From: an uncultured Candidatus Saccharibacteria bacterium
GTDB lineage: Bacteria > Patescibacteriota > Doudnabacteria > UBA920
Length of the DNA stretch: 64,000 bases
Direction: 5' to 3'
NCBI GenBank assembly: GCA_964436545.1
Contig: CAYTCJ010000001.1
Coordinates: 14,392-78,391, forward strand
Of the stretch, positions 9,201 to 18,331 are shown piece by piece. The notes beneath the pieces were generated by a model. The model was not told the DNA's origin. It did not search any database and worked only from the letters and a program-made list of their open reading frames with translations. How positions within the stretch are numbered: the stretch's first letter is position 1; each line of letters starts with the position of its first letter. Both the position numbers and the translations under genes were made by a program.

Positions 9201-9305
9201 AAAGTGGAAGTTTTAAAATTGGAGGTTATTAAACAAGCTCTAATTAACGATAGCATTAAGCGAGTGGTATTTGTTAAGAACCGATTAATTAATTTGGTAA
9301 TCTAA
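6258..9305 (+). CDS. leuS: Leucyl-tRNA synthetase carrying an inserted alpha/beta-hydrolase domain (~6975-7500) at the CP1 editing-domain junction
   Basis: HMGH and KMSKS motifs, TTRPDT editing motif; 1015 aa vs ~800-860 typical; insertion contains LLHGFNGSS and GHSLGA nucleophile elbow. Confidence 0.9.
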   Translation: MTKYNPKKTEAKWQKFWQTRKIFVGKDFSKKPKKFVLVEFPYPSGAGLHMGHLRPYVAADVYARFCRMKGFETLFPMGWDAFGLPAENYALKMGVHPAITTKKNIANAKKQMLSWGLSFDWSREINTTDPNYYKWTQWLFLQFYKKGLAFEATGVINWCPSCKTGLANEEVIDNSCERCGTKVEKKELRQWYLKITQYAEKLLQGLETLKAWPEPVKLQQQNWIGKKTGINITYDIVSDKADSNYVLLHGFNGSSEGIFFPWLKQELNKRTVKVVCPNLPNANHPTEDEQVAYVLKTCEFNSRTILFGHSLGAVVALKVLEKLNTKIAGVVLAGGFTNPNFKDNSRPFAKTFNWQFDFNKIKSNVDFVKILSDPTDYAIPTEQGKNLQMNLAGALLEIPGEKPHYTSEVEPNILNALLPNITCFTTRPDTNFGATFVVIGPEHPYLKHRQILNIGTKAWQAIEAYKQQALSQGDEVRTAENRKKTGVFTGLYCLNPLTNFKMPLYVADYVLGNVGTGAVVGVPGHDKRDFEFAQVFNLEIKRVVQKHEQDNLPITTLEQVQEETGVMVNSEFLNGLDIHTATEKIMDYMESQGMGKRVVNYKLRDWVFSRQRYWGEPIPLVHCEDCGVVPVPEKDLPVKLPKVKKYEPTGTGESPLADILNWVKTKCPQCKKLAYRETNTMPQWAGSSWYWLRFTDAKNSKAFASIKNQKYWTPVDVYFGGMEHTTLHLLYSRFWNQFLFDNGLVVSSEPYSLRKPHGIVLGPDGEKMSKSRGNVVDPQAIIKLYGADTLRMYELFLGPHEAMVAFNDKGAVGVKRFLDRMWDWVLNNIKYQKSNIKDSEKVEQELHKLIKKITEDIENFRFNTCISAFMEFYNQIKEEKVSWEVIKTFLILLYPFAPHVAEELNQLASSSANQRILRRHGYGGQVRKSANQKIIKSLQLAKWPEFDSTKIVQKEAEIVIQINGKVKGKIQVGFDSAEEAVKVEVLKLEVIKQALINDSIKRVVFVKNRLINLVI

Positions 9306-9351
9306 CCGACCCGAATAATTCGTAATATTCGAATGCTCCGAATTCGGATAA

Positions 9352-10053
9352 TTGGGATGCCCTTCGTTGATTTGGATTGCGTTTATGATTATTTTTAAGT
9401 ATTCTAAACAACAACACAACCAAATAATCCAAGCCAGTGTGAAAGCTTTAAAACAAGGTAAAATTATAGTTTACCCGACTGATACTTGTTATGGTTTGGC
9501 AGTGGATGTGAGCCGGCTTCAGGCCATAAAACAACTTTACAAATTAAAAGGTAGAAATTTTAACAAACCCAGTTCCGTGGTGGTGCCGAGTTTGGCTTAT
9601 GCAAAAAAAATTGTGCAGTGGGGTAGTGAGGCACAGAAATTGGCAAAAAAGTTTTGGCCGGGAGCTATAACTTTGGTTTGCTCCCTCACCCTACCCTTTC
9701 CCTCTAGGGGAGAGGGGAGAGGGTTTAGAATTCTAACCGCAAAGACAAATTTTTTAGGTTTAAGACTGCCAAAAAATAGACTCGCTCTCGATTTAGCCAA
9801 AGGCTTAAAAAAGCCCATTACCGCAACTTCTGCCAATTTGGCGGGAAAAAGTGAGTGTTATTCAGTAGATGAAATTGTTCAACAATTTCAGCATCAAAAA
9901 ATTAAACCCGATATTATTATTGACGCTGGCAAATTACCTTTCCAAAAGCCATCTACTTTGGTAAAGCTGGAACATTCCGGTCAAGTATCCATAATTAGAC
10001 AAGGGCCCATTACTCAGTCACAAATTAAAAAAATTATAAACGCTAAACGCTAA
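9352..10053 (+). CDS. tsaC: L-threonylcarbamoyladenylate synthase (YrdC/Sua5 family) with in-frame palindromic insertion
   Basis: YPTDTCYGLAVD motif; imperfect cccctc-type palindrome at ~9681-9726 encoding PFPSRGEGRG. Confidence 0.8.
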   Translation: MGCPSLIWIAFMIIFKYSKQQHNQIIQASVKALKQGKIIVYPTDTCYGLAVDVSRLQAIKQLYKLKGRNFNKPSSVVVPSLAYAKKIVQWGSEAQKLAKKFWPGAITLVCSLTLPFPSRGEGRGFRILTAKTNFLGLRLPKNRLALDLAKGLKKPITATSANLAGKSECYSVDEIVQQFQHQKIKPDIIIDAGKLPFQKPSTLVKLEHSGQVSIIRQGPITQSQIKKIINAKR

Positions 10054-10072
10054 ACGCTACTCACTCATTATT

Positions 10073-11221
10073 ATGCTTTTAAATTTTCATTTATCCAATT
10101 ACTTTACCAAGCAAGTGAGAGAAGAGATTGGCGAATTGTATGCTCATTCCGCCATAGCTAATTTGGCCGGCTCTATGATGTTATTATTTGAGCCGATTTT
10201 TCTTTATGCGGTTTTAGATTTTTCTGTGGAAGAGGTTTTGTTGTTTACTGCACTGGTTTACGCAGTCTATATCCTCTGCATTCCTTTGGGAGGTAAGTCC
10301 GCCAGTCTGTTTGGTTATAAACATACCATTGCTTTAAGTGTGCCTTTCCAAATTATTTATTGGATGTTATTAATTGTCTCTCAGCAGGGGGTGGGTTTTG
10401 CTTATTTGGCGGCGGTTTTTTATGGATTGTCTAAAACTTTTTATTGGCCGGGTTTTCATTCTTTAATGGCCCGCTATTCGGACAAGGGTCAAGTGGGTAG
10501 GGAATTTGGCGCTGTGTATTCTTTAATTAGTTTAACTTTTATTGCCGGACCGTTTTTAGCCGGTTTTTTGTCTAAGCATTTTGGTTTTACCATTACTTTT
10601 GTGATTACTGCCATTATTTACGCCTTTAGTTTAGTGCCACTGTTTAGAGTTAAAGAAAGTTTTACGCCCAAAGAATATTTTTATAAAGATACTTGGGAAT
10701 TATTCCGCAGTTATCCCAAAAAGTTTTTAGGTTATTTGGGTTTTGGGGAAGAGTTGTTGGTTTTGAATATTTGGCCAATTTTTATTTATTTAATCGTGAA
10801 AGATTTTGAAAAGGCCGGGGGTTTAGCTACTATTGCCAGTTTAATTGCCGCCATTTTGGCTTTAATTATTGGGAAAGTTACGGACCAGTATTCTAAACGG
10901 GTATTAATTCGTTTAGGTGCTTTTTTTACAGCTTTGGTGTGGTTAATGCGGACCATTGCTACTAATTTTTGGAATACTTTTTTTGTTGACGCCTTGTCTA
11001 GAACCAGTAAAGAGATGGCCTTTATTCCCATTTCCACAGTTACCTACATTCGCGCGCAAAATATTCATGTGGTGCCCTATGTGGTTTTTTTTGAACAAAG
11101 TTTAGCCATTGGTAAATTAATAGCTTGTATTTTAGGGATTATTTTGTTTAGCTTAACCGGCAGTTTTGTGGTATTATTTGTGCTGGGTGCCGTATTTAGC
11201 TTATTGTATATGTTTGTGTAA
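10073..11221 (+). CDS. MFS-type transporter
   Basis: ~12 hydrophobic segments, MFS-like layout. Confidence 0.65.
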   Translation: MLLNFHLSNYFTKQVREEIGELYAHSAIANLAGSMMLLFEPIFLYAVLDFSVEEVLLFTALVYAVYILCIPLGGKSASLFGYKHTIALSVPFQIIYWMLLIVSQQGVGFAYLAAVFYGLSKTFYWPGFHSLMARYSDKGQVGREFGAVYSLISLTFIAGPFLAGFLSKHFGFTITFVITAIIYAFSLVPLFRVKESFTPKEYFYKDTWELFRSYPKKFLGYLGFGEELLVLNIWPIFIYLIVKDFEKAGGLATIASLIAAILALIIGKVTDQYSKRVLIRLGAFFTALVWLMRTIATNFWNTFFVDALSRTSKEMAFIPISTVTYIRAQNIHVVPYVVFFEQSLAIGKLIACILGIILFSLTGSFVVLFVLGAVFSLLYMFV

Positions 11222-11270
11222 AAACGCGGATTTTGCGCTGATATTAACGCGGATTAGCGCTAATAAGCAT

Positions 11271-11654
11271 ATGAAGTTATTATATGAAAAAGAATCCTAC
11301 GAAATCCGAGGCGCTTGTTTTAAAATTTGGAAGGAATTTGGAAACGCATATAAAGAATCAGTAGTGGATAAAGCGCTTACCTTGGAGCTTTTAACAAGGG
11401 GTTTGCAAGTTAGTGAACAAAAAAGAATTAATATTTACTATAATGATAAAAAAGTTGGTACTTATGTGCCAGATAAAGTGGTAAATGAAATTATTATTAT
11501 TGAGTTAAAGACCAAACCTTTTTTAACTCAAGGCGATATTAAACAGTTATGGCACTACTTGAAAGGTTCGAATTACAAATTAGGTTTTTTAGTTAACTTC
11601 GGAGATAAACTTGAAATTAAACGTATTGTTTACGACACGGCACGCTCTGCGTAA
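11271..11654 (+). CDS. GxxExxY family protein (PD-(D/E)XK-like)
   Basis: YEIRGA...LELLTRGL...YVPDKVVNEIIIIELK...LVNFG pattern matches GxxExxY family; flanked by inverted repeats. Confidence 0.7.
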   Translation: MKLLYEKESYEIRGACFKIWKEFGNAYKESVVDKALTLELLTRGLQVSEQKRINIYYNDKKVGTYVPDKVVNEIIIIELKTKPFLTQGDIKQLWHYLKGSNYKLGFLVNFGDKLEIKRIVYDTARSA

Positions 11655-11688
11655 GATCCGCGTAGTAATCAGCGAGAAATTTATATCT

Positions 11689-12939
11689 ATGCACTATTCA
11701 AACATTCAAGCAGAAGACTTACCTGTTTATGAGATTATTAAACGGGAAGAACAAAGACAAAAAGAGGGGATTGAATTGATTGCCAGTGAAAATTATGTAT
11801 CCAAAGCCGTGCTGGAGGCCATGGGGAGTATTTTAACTAACAAATATTCGGAAGGATATGTGGGCAAAAGGTATTATGGGGGTAATGAAATTATTGACCA
11901 AGCCGAGGGTTTAGCCATAGACAGAGCTAAACAATTATTTGAGGCAGAGCATGTAAATGTTCAACCATTGTCCGGCAGTCCGGCTAACTTAGCTGTGTAT
12001 ATGGCGTTGTTAAACCCGGGAGATAAAGTGTTGGGTTTTTCTTTGGACCAAGGCGGGCATTTGTCTCATGGTCATCCGTTAAATTTTAGTGGTAAACTTT
12101 ATACCATTGTGCCTTATTTTGCCAGAAAAGATACGGAAATTATTGATATGGATGAAGTAGAAGATATAGCTTTAAAGGAAAAACCAAAAATGATCTTAGC
12201 TGGTTTTAGCGCGTATTCTCGTTCTTTAGAGTGGAAACGTTTTAGAGAAATTGCAGACAAGTGTGGGGCATTGTTATTTGCTGATATTGCTCACATTGCC
12301 GGGTTAATTGCCGGCAAACAGTTAGAAAACCCTGTGCCATATTGCGATGTGGTTTCGACCACAACTCATAAAACTTTAAGAGGCCCTCGGGGTGCCATGA
12401 TTATGTGTAAAGAAAAATTTGCAAGTGCCATAGATAAAGCTGTGTTTCCAGGCGTGCAGGGTGGACCTCATGATCACATTAATGTAGCCAAAGCTATTTG
12501 TTTTGGCGAAGCTTTGCGTTCGGAATTTGTAGAATATTCAAAGCAAGTGATTGTCAATGCTCGTGCGCTTGTTATTGCGCTTCAAACCAAAGGCTACAGG
12601 ATAATTTCAGGTGGAACTGATAACCATCTAATGCTCATAGATTTGTTCGGGAGTAAAAGTATTACTGGCAAAGAAGCAGAAAAAGCTTTGGAGCACGTAG
12701 GAATTAGCATCAATAAAAATATGATTCCGTTTGACCCCAGAAAACCTTTGGACCCTTCGGGGATTCGGTTAGGCACACCGGCTTTAACCACAAGAGGTTG
12801 TAAGGCCACCAATATGCAAACCGTGGCGGATTTAATTGACGTGACCTTAATGCACAAAGACGACCCGATAAAATTAAAAGCCATTCAAGAACAAGTTAAG
12901 GCGTTTGCTTTAAAGTTTCCGGTTCCGGGTATAGAATAA
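11689..12939 (+). CDS. glyA: Serine hydroxymethyltransferase
   Basis: PLP-lysine region TTTHKTLRGPRG; 416 aa. Confidence 0.9.
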   Translation: MHYSNIQAEDLPVYEIIKREEQRQKEGIELIASENYVSKAVLEAMGSILTNKYSEGYVGKRYYGGNEIIDQAEGLAIDRAKQLFEAEHVNVQPLSGSPANLAVYMALLNPGDKVLGFSLDQGGHLSHGHPLNFSGKLYTIVPYFARKDTEIIDMDEVEDIALKEKPKMILAGFSAYSRSLEWKRFREIADKCGALLFADIAHIAGLIAGKQLENPVPYCDVVSTTTHKTLRGPRGAMIMCKEKFASAIDKAVFPGVQGGPHDHINVAKAICFGEALRSEFVEYSKQVIVNARALVIALQTKGYRIISGGTDNHLMLIDLFGSKSITGKEAEKALEHVGISINKNMIPFDPRKPLDPSGIRLGTPALTTRGCKATNMQTVADLIDVTLMHKDDPIKLKAIQEQVKAFALKFPVPGIE

Positions 12940-12947
12940 TTATTTTT

Positions 12948-13520
12948 TTGGAAATGGACTATTTATTAAATTGGGATAATCAGATTTTCTTGTGGCTGAA
13001 TCAATGGGCTGGGCAAGCCAATTTTACCGATGGGTTAATTCGGTTTTTAGCTCAAGATTTTCCTTATGTGGTAGCCATTGGTTTTATCTTAGTGTGGCTG
13101 TGGCGGGCGGAGGCGCGCCGGATGCTTTTGCAAGGTTTTTTGGCTTTACTGCTAGGCAGAGTAATTTTGGTGGAGATAATTAGACAAATTTTACCTCGGA
13201 GCCGACCTTTTGAAGTTTTGCATGTGGTGCAAATAATTAGTAAAGGCATGGAAAAATCTTTTCCGTCCGGCCACGCCACAGCTTTATTTGCTTTGGCTTT
13301 TTCCGTGTATTTTTATCATAAAAAATGGGGAGCAGGGTTATTGATAATATGTTTTATTTCGGTTTTAGCTCGGGTAATGGCCGGAGTGCATTATTTGTCC
13401 GACATTTTAGCCGGTGTGGCTTTAGGTTGGTTTTCGGCTTGGATAATACATACCTATGCCCATAAAGTAACTGATAGTTTACTGGGTTTTTGGCATAAAC
13501 TTGATTTTTGGCATAAATAA
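12948..13520 (+). CDS. PAP2 family phosphatase (undecaprenyl-diphosphatase-like)
   Basis: KSFPSGHAT and SR..xxH PAP2 motifs, membrane protein. Confidence 0.7.
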   Translation: MEMDYLLNWDNQIFLWLNQWAGQANFTDGLIRFLAQDFPYVVAIGFILVWLWRAEARRMLLQGFLALLLGRVILVEIIRQILPRSRPFEVLHVVQIISKGMEKSFPSGHATALFALAFSVYFYHKKWGAGLLIICFISVLARVMAGVHYLSDILAGVALGWFSAWIIHTYAHKVTDSLLGFWHKLDFWHK

Positions 13521-13540
13521 AATCCCGACAAAGTCGGGAT
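13521..13540. terminator. hairpin atcccgac-aaa-gtcgggat between convergent PAP2 gene and tRNA-Leu
   Basis: 8-bp perfect stem. Confidence 0.45.
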
Positions 13541-13541
13541 A

Positions 13542-13626
13542 TGGTGGCCGAGGAGGGAGTCGAACCCTCATGAGTTTCCCCGCGCGCTCTTGAGGCGCGT
13601 GCGTCTGCCAGTTCCGCCACTCGGCC
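13542..13626 (-). tRNA. tRNA-Leu (anticodon CAA), 85 nt with long variable arm and encoded CCA
   Basis: Cloverleaf read by hand: acceptor GGCCGAG, anticodon loop CUCAAGA, T-loop GGTTCGACTCC. Confidence 0.85.
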
Positions 13627-13732
13627 AATTAGTCTATGTATTTTACCAAGCTTTTTGCTTTGCGTAAAGCCTAAAAATTTGGTATGATTTTTTTATTCCT
13701 AACTTAAAGTGAGAAACCAAATTTAAATATTT

Positions 13733-14749
13733 ATGGATACACAAATCAACCCACCTGCTAACCTGCAGTTTAAGGCATTAGACCCAATTGCTCCCGGCGC
13801 GCCTTTTGGTTATGTTGCCAGTCCGTCCTTTGATGCTTCGTTGCCTGTAAATTCGGCTGTAAGTAGTAGCCAGACTTTACCTCTGCATTCGGGAGTAGAT
13901 TCGCCGGAAGCTTTAAAAAGCGACAAGGTTTCCTATGAAGATGCGAGCATTCAAGAAATTGATATCACTAAAATCGTTCCCAATCCGTTCCAGCCCAGAA
14001 AAACTTTTGAGCCCACTGCGCTACAAGAATTAGCCAATTCCATAAAAGAACACGGAGTCATTCAGCCTTTGGTGGTTACAAAAACCTTGAATGGTTATGA
14101 ATTGGTCGTGGGGGAAAGACGCTTTCGGGCTAGCCAACTTGCGGGACTTACTGCAGTGCCGGCTATTATTAAAGAGCAGATGGTAGATCAAACCAAATTG
14201 GAAGTGGCGTTAATAGAAAATATCCAAAGGCAGGAATTAAACCCCATAGAAGAAGCTCAGGCCTATGACCGGTTAATGAAGACTTTTAATTTGACTCAAG
14301 AAGCGGTAGCTAAAAAGGTGGGGAAAAGTCGTCCGGCTGTGGCAAATACCGTGCGGTTACTTAATTTACCGGCAGAAGTGCAAAGAGCGGTAATTGATGG
14401 CAGATTAACCGAAGGTCATGCGCGGGCGCTACTCGGGCTGAATGATCCGGAAAAAATTCTTTTGCTGTATAAAACCGTCATAGAAAAAAAATGGAATGTG
14501 CGGGAAGTGGAAGACAAAGTGCGGGATTTAACTCAGAAAAAACAAGTGGATGCAGTGGCGCCCGATACCAAACTTTTAGCCATGGAAAGCGAATTGCGCA
14601 TAAAACTGGGCACGCAAGTAAAAATTTTGAAACAGGGGAGAGGGGGAAAAATTACCATAGATTTTTATAGCGAAGAAGAATTGAACGAATTAATTCATAA
14701 AATGGCGCAAGCTCAAAATGGTATGGAAGGCGGATATTTGACGGTTTAA
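13733..14749 (+). CDS. parB: ParB/Spo0J family partition protein with ~90-aa N-terminal extension
   Basis: ParB N-domain IQPLVV...GERRFRA, HTH region. Confidence 0.8.
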   Translation: MDTQINPPANLQFKALDPIAPGAPFGYVASPSFDASLPVNSAVSSSQTLPLHSGVDSPEALKSDKVSYEDASIQEIDITKIVPNPFQPRKTFEPTALQELANSIKEHGVIQPLVVTKTLNGYELVVGERRFRASQLAGLTAVPAIIKEQMVDQTKLEVALIENIQRQELNPIEEAQAYDRLMKTFNLTQEAVAKKVGKSRPAVANTVRLLNLPAEVQRAVIDGRLTEGHARALLGLNDPEKILLLYKTVIEKKWNVREVEDKVRDLTQKKQVDAVAPDTKLLAMESELRIKLGTQVKILKQGRGGKITIDFYSEEELNELIHKMAQAQNGMEGGYLTV

Positions 14750-14876
14750 TGCTTGACCCCGTTAAAAGTCAGTCCCGACGAGTCGGGACTGCTGGCGAGA
14801 TAGCTCGCCAGACTTCTAACAGGGTTGACCCCGTTAAATCCGCCAAAGGCGGAACCGCACAGCGGTTATTTAACTG

Positions 14877-14905
14877 GGTTGACAACTTTTTTAAAAGGTT
14901 TATAC
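14877..14905 (+). promoter_or_regulatory. sigma70-like promoter (TTGACA-16nt-TATACT) firing into the non-coding region
   Basis: hexamers read in sequence. Confidence 0.3.
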
Positions 14906-15699
14906 TAATTATAGATACAGCAATGAATACCTTAAATTTAACTAATTTTCCTTCCGTCCGCCCAAGTCTCGTGAAGACTTTTATTTGGCATGCGCGGGGT
15001 TGGAATATGAGGTAGAATACAGAAAATCTCATAAACCTAAGCCAAAACCCCGCAAATAGGGGTTTTATTAATTTGTCATTCGGAACTTGTTTCAGAATCT
15101 AAAGCACATTAAAAATCAAAGACATCTTCCCATAATCTGCTTTCAACTGATTTTTTTCACAATTTTGAGCGAAAAACCTGAAGAGGAATGAAAGTGTAGC
15201 CAACGGCTACAGTGAATTCCGATGAAGTTTTTGCAGCCAAAATTTGGAAAAAAGGCTTGAAACTGAGATTATGGGAAGATGTCTAATAGCTATTGCTCGC
15301 AGAAATTCATCTTTTCTCTGTCATCCCGACCCGACTTCGCTAAAGCTTCGTCGGGCAAGCCGATTTTAGTAAATTTAGATGAGTGGTTTGCCCACCGTAG
15401 CCTTGGCGAAGGTGGGAGGGATCCCCCCTCTTTTCCAAAGAGGGGGTAGGGGGAGTTAAATGAAAAGGATTAATTTCCGCGAGCAATCGCAACAGTATGA
15501 GGTAGTCAAGCAATCTTACCGGATTGTTTGAGTGATAGCGTAAAGTTTGTTGAAGATATATTCCGCAATTATAGGAAAAAAAACTTCAACAGATTGCTAT
15601 CATAGGAAGGCACCGAACAACCTTCTATTCTACCTCATCCAATTTGGCGGTCCCTGCAAAGGGCAAAGAGAAAGTTGGCCACTTGTGGGCTAATAATTA

Positions 15700-16240
15700 T
15701 CTTTGGAGTTGAGCTTTTAGCTCCTCCCGCCTAAAAAGATGGCGGTATTACCGCCCTGACTCGTGTCTGTCGCACGAGCAGTAAGTCCTGCCGTAAAGGT
15801 GGGATGAAAAGAAGCGCGACGACAGCGCGCAAATAAGGAGGTGCTAAAAATGCACACCGAACTTCTCCCGGCGGCGCCCCCGCTCCGACCGGCACCGTCC
15901 ACCCTGCTCGTCCCGCCAATTCCCTCACCCGTCCCGATTCGTTTGCTCCGACGGGAGGAGAAGGAAGAGGCTCACGCCAGAGAGTGGTATGAGCTGAGGT
16001 CGTAGTGTGGGGCTTTGACAAGGTAAACCTCGCCATTGGCGGGGTTAAAAAGGCCAAATTATAGAGCCTTCCTTGTCACATTGTAGTTTTTTTTGCGAGA
16101 CGGTCAACAGCTGTTCCGTTTCGCACCCACGCCCGCAAGGGCCGTACTTGTAGAGAATCGTTTCATATTTTCATCTTCGATTCCTACAGTGCGGTCCTTG
16201 CGGGCACTGTTTCTTAATTTTTTTTCCGCCCCTTAGTAGG
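15700..16240 (+). ncRNA. GC-rich non-coding island; candidate large structured RNA of unknown class (strand uncertain)
   Basis: high GC in an AT-rich genome, no credible ORF, multiple GNRA-capped hairpins (gcccgcaagggc, ccttgcgggc), upstream promoter. Confidence 0.25.
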
Positions 16241-16428
16241 TGGTTTTTTTATTTATAAAAAATGATTATTGTCTTCGATCGTTTATGTCCTGATAGCTTT
16301 AAACTAAAAAAACGACTTAAGTCGTTGGTTAAGCATTTCGTTGGTCGGACTGCCGGGAATTCCTGCCTGCCGGCAGGCAGGGAACCCGGTCTATATGCAC
16401 CTTCACCCCGTTAAATATAATTTGTTTT

Positions 16429-16502
16429 TGGTCGGGATGCTGGGAATCGAACCCAGACTACATCCACCCCATGGACGCGTACTACCACTATACTACATCC
16501 CG
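16429..16502 (-). tRNA. tRNA-Pro (anticodon GGG), 74 nt, encoded CCA
   Basis: acceptor CGGGATG/CATCCCG, D-loop AGTGGTA, anticodon loop AUGGGGU, T-loop TTCGATT. Confidence 0.75.
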
Positions 16503-16659
16503 AATTAAAACAAATATTCAACGGGGCAAGTGAATGCGCCTGTCCGCCTACTGGCGGATACTACCGGTATATTTATCCCGTAGTCAGTTTACTGTACTAT
16601 GGGACTACAGTCAGTTATTGCAATGAATTATATAGAATTATCAGTTTTTGTCAAAGTTA

Positions 16660-17379
16660 TTACGTTTTTCCCAAAAAGACTTTTTCTAAAATATCGCTTT
16701 GAATAATGTGTTGGCCGGAATCGGTTTTTATTACTTGACCTTGAGCCAATACATAAGCTCTATCTACCATTGCCAGTAAAGATTTTAAATTGTGTTCTAC
16801 CACCACCACGGCTGTTTGGTGCCTGTGGTTGATTTCTTGAATTTTGGCAAATACTTCTTTTACCATTTTGGGCGATAAGCCCAAACTGGGTTCGTCTAAC
16901 AATAAAATTTTTGGCTCTGTCATTAGCCCTCGGGCAATGGCCAGCATTTGCTGTTGTCCGCCGGACAACTCACCGCTTTTGGCATGCCGTTTGGCTTTTA
17001 GCATGGGAAAAATTTCCAAAAGTTCCGCTATTCGGCGGTTAATTTCCGCAGGGGGGTTAACGGTGTAGCCACCAATCGCCAAGTTTTCCTCTACGGTTAA
17101 ATATTTAAACACTCTTCGGCCCTGCGGAACAAACGAAATACCTAAACTTACCATTTCATGCGTAAGGGGCTTAATGGATTTTTCGTGCCACAAAATTTGT
17201 CCGCTATCTATAGGTACTAAACCAAACATGGCTTTAAGGATGGTAGATTTACCCGCGCCATTCGGGCCCATAAGCGCCACAATTTCGCCTTCGTCAATGG
17301 CAATATTCACATTATTAAGTGCTTTGACTCCGCCGTAGTGAACGGATACATTTTTTAGTTGTAATAATATCTCTTGCAT
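16660..17379 (-). CDS. livF: Branched-chain amino acid ABC transporter ATP-binding protein (LivF-like)
   Basis: Walker A GPNGAGKST, LSGGQQQ signature. Confidence 0.8.
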   Translation of the reverse strand: MQEILLQLKNVSVHYGGVKALNNVNIAIDEGEIVALMGPNGAGKSTILKAMFGLVPIDSGQILWHEKSIKPLTHEMVSLGISFVPQGRRVFKYLTVEENLAIGGYTVNPPAEINRRIAELLEIFPMLKAKRHAKSGELSGGQQQMLAIARGLMTEPKILLLDEPSLGLSPKMVKEVFAKIQEINHRHQTAVVVVEHNLKSLLAMVDRAYVLAQGQVIKTDSGQHIIQSDILEKVFLGKT

Positions 17380-17493
17380 AAAATTTTAAGCTCGAAAATC
17401 TAAATGCTAAACAAACATTCAAATTATAAATTTTAAAGTTTAAACATTTGGGTTTTAGATTTTGTTTAGATTTTAGGATTTAGAATTTAGATT

Positions 17494-18225
17494 TTATTCC
17501 CCAAGGTATGCTTCGATGACTTTTTTTTCCGCTAAAACTTTCTCAGGTTGGCCTTGGGCCAGCAGTTTGCCTTCATCCATTACGTATAAATAATCACACA
17601 GTTCGCGAATGAGTTCCATATTATGTTCAATTAGGATAAGGGTTTTACCCTGCTGGCGCATTTCCTTAATAATACTTACCACAATTTTTATCATTTCCTT
17701 AAACAGTCCGGCAAAAGGTTCGTCCAGAAAGACAATTTTGGCATCCATGGCCAGCACACGGGCGATTTCTAAAAGTTTTCTTTGCCCGTAAGATAAATTA
17801 ATGGCCAGTTGATGTCGTTTTTCCCACAGTCCCACTTTTTCTAAAAGTTCTTTGGTGCGGATTTCGTCCAATTTTGTGTGCCGGGAAAATAAGGCCCCAA
17901 AAATATTTCGCTCGGTAAGAGTGACTAAAATATTATCTTGTACAGTTATTTGTTCAAACAGTTTTACTTCTTGGAAAGTTCGGGTAATTTGGTAAAGCGG
18001 GTTATGATGGGGAATAATGTTATTTAAGATCACGCCATCAATTTCCACTTTTCCGGCATCAATTTTATGAATACCTGTGAGTAAGTTGGTAAGCGTAGAT
18101 TTACCTGAGCCGTTTGGGCCCACCACTCCGGTAATTTTGCCTTGTTTAAAACCCATAGATAGGTTATCTACCGCGTAAACTCCGCCAAAGTGCTTACTTA
18201 AATTGTGGGTTTGTAAGATATTCAT
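17494..18225 (-). CDS. livG: Branched-chain amino acid ABC transporter ATP-binding protein (LivG-like)
   Basis: Walker A GPNGSGKST, ABC signature. Confidence 0.8.
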   Translation of the reverse strand: MNILQTHNLSKHFGGVYAVDNLSMGFKQGKITGVVGPNGSGKSTLTNLLTGIHKIDAGKVEIDGVILNNIIPHHNPLYQITRTFQEVKLFEQITVQDNILVTLTERNIFGALFSRHTKLDEIRTKELLEKVGLWEKRHQLAINLSYGQRKLLEIARVLAMDAKIVFLDEPFAGLFKEMIKIVVSIIKEMRQQGKTLILIEHNMELIRELCDYLYVMDEGKLLAQGQPEKVLAEKKVIEAYLGE

Positions 18226-18331
18226 GTGATTTAATTCGAAACTACTAAATCAACGAATCTGCGAAAGATCTGCGAAATAAAAATTTCGTATTGTTTTCGT
18301 GGTTTCGAGTATATTTTGTAGCTTCGTATTA

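Noticed and set aside
14750-14870. parS site after parB
   Set aside because: No tGTTNCACGTGAAACa-like sequence. The hairpins there (cagtcccgacgagtcgggactg, ctggcgagatagctcgccag, ccgccaaaggcgg) look like terminators or further palindromic repeats.
15717-16057. Minus-strand ORFs of 61 and 108 aa in the GC island
   Set aside because: Low-complexity Pro/Ala/Arg-rich products typical of spurious ORFs in GC-rich non-coding DNA, with no start context.
15700-16240. tmRNA or RNase P assignment for the GC-rich island
   Set aside because: No tRNA-like acceptor/T-arm ends and no ANDENYALAA-type tag frame for tmRNA. No convincing P4 pairing for RNase P. Kept only as an unclassified ncRNA candidate.
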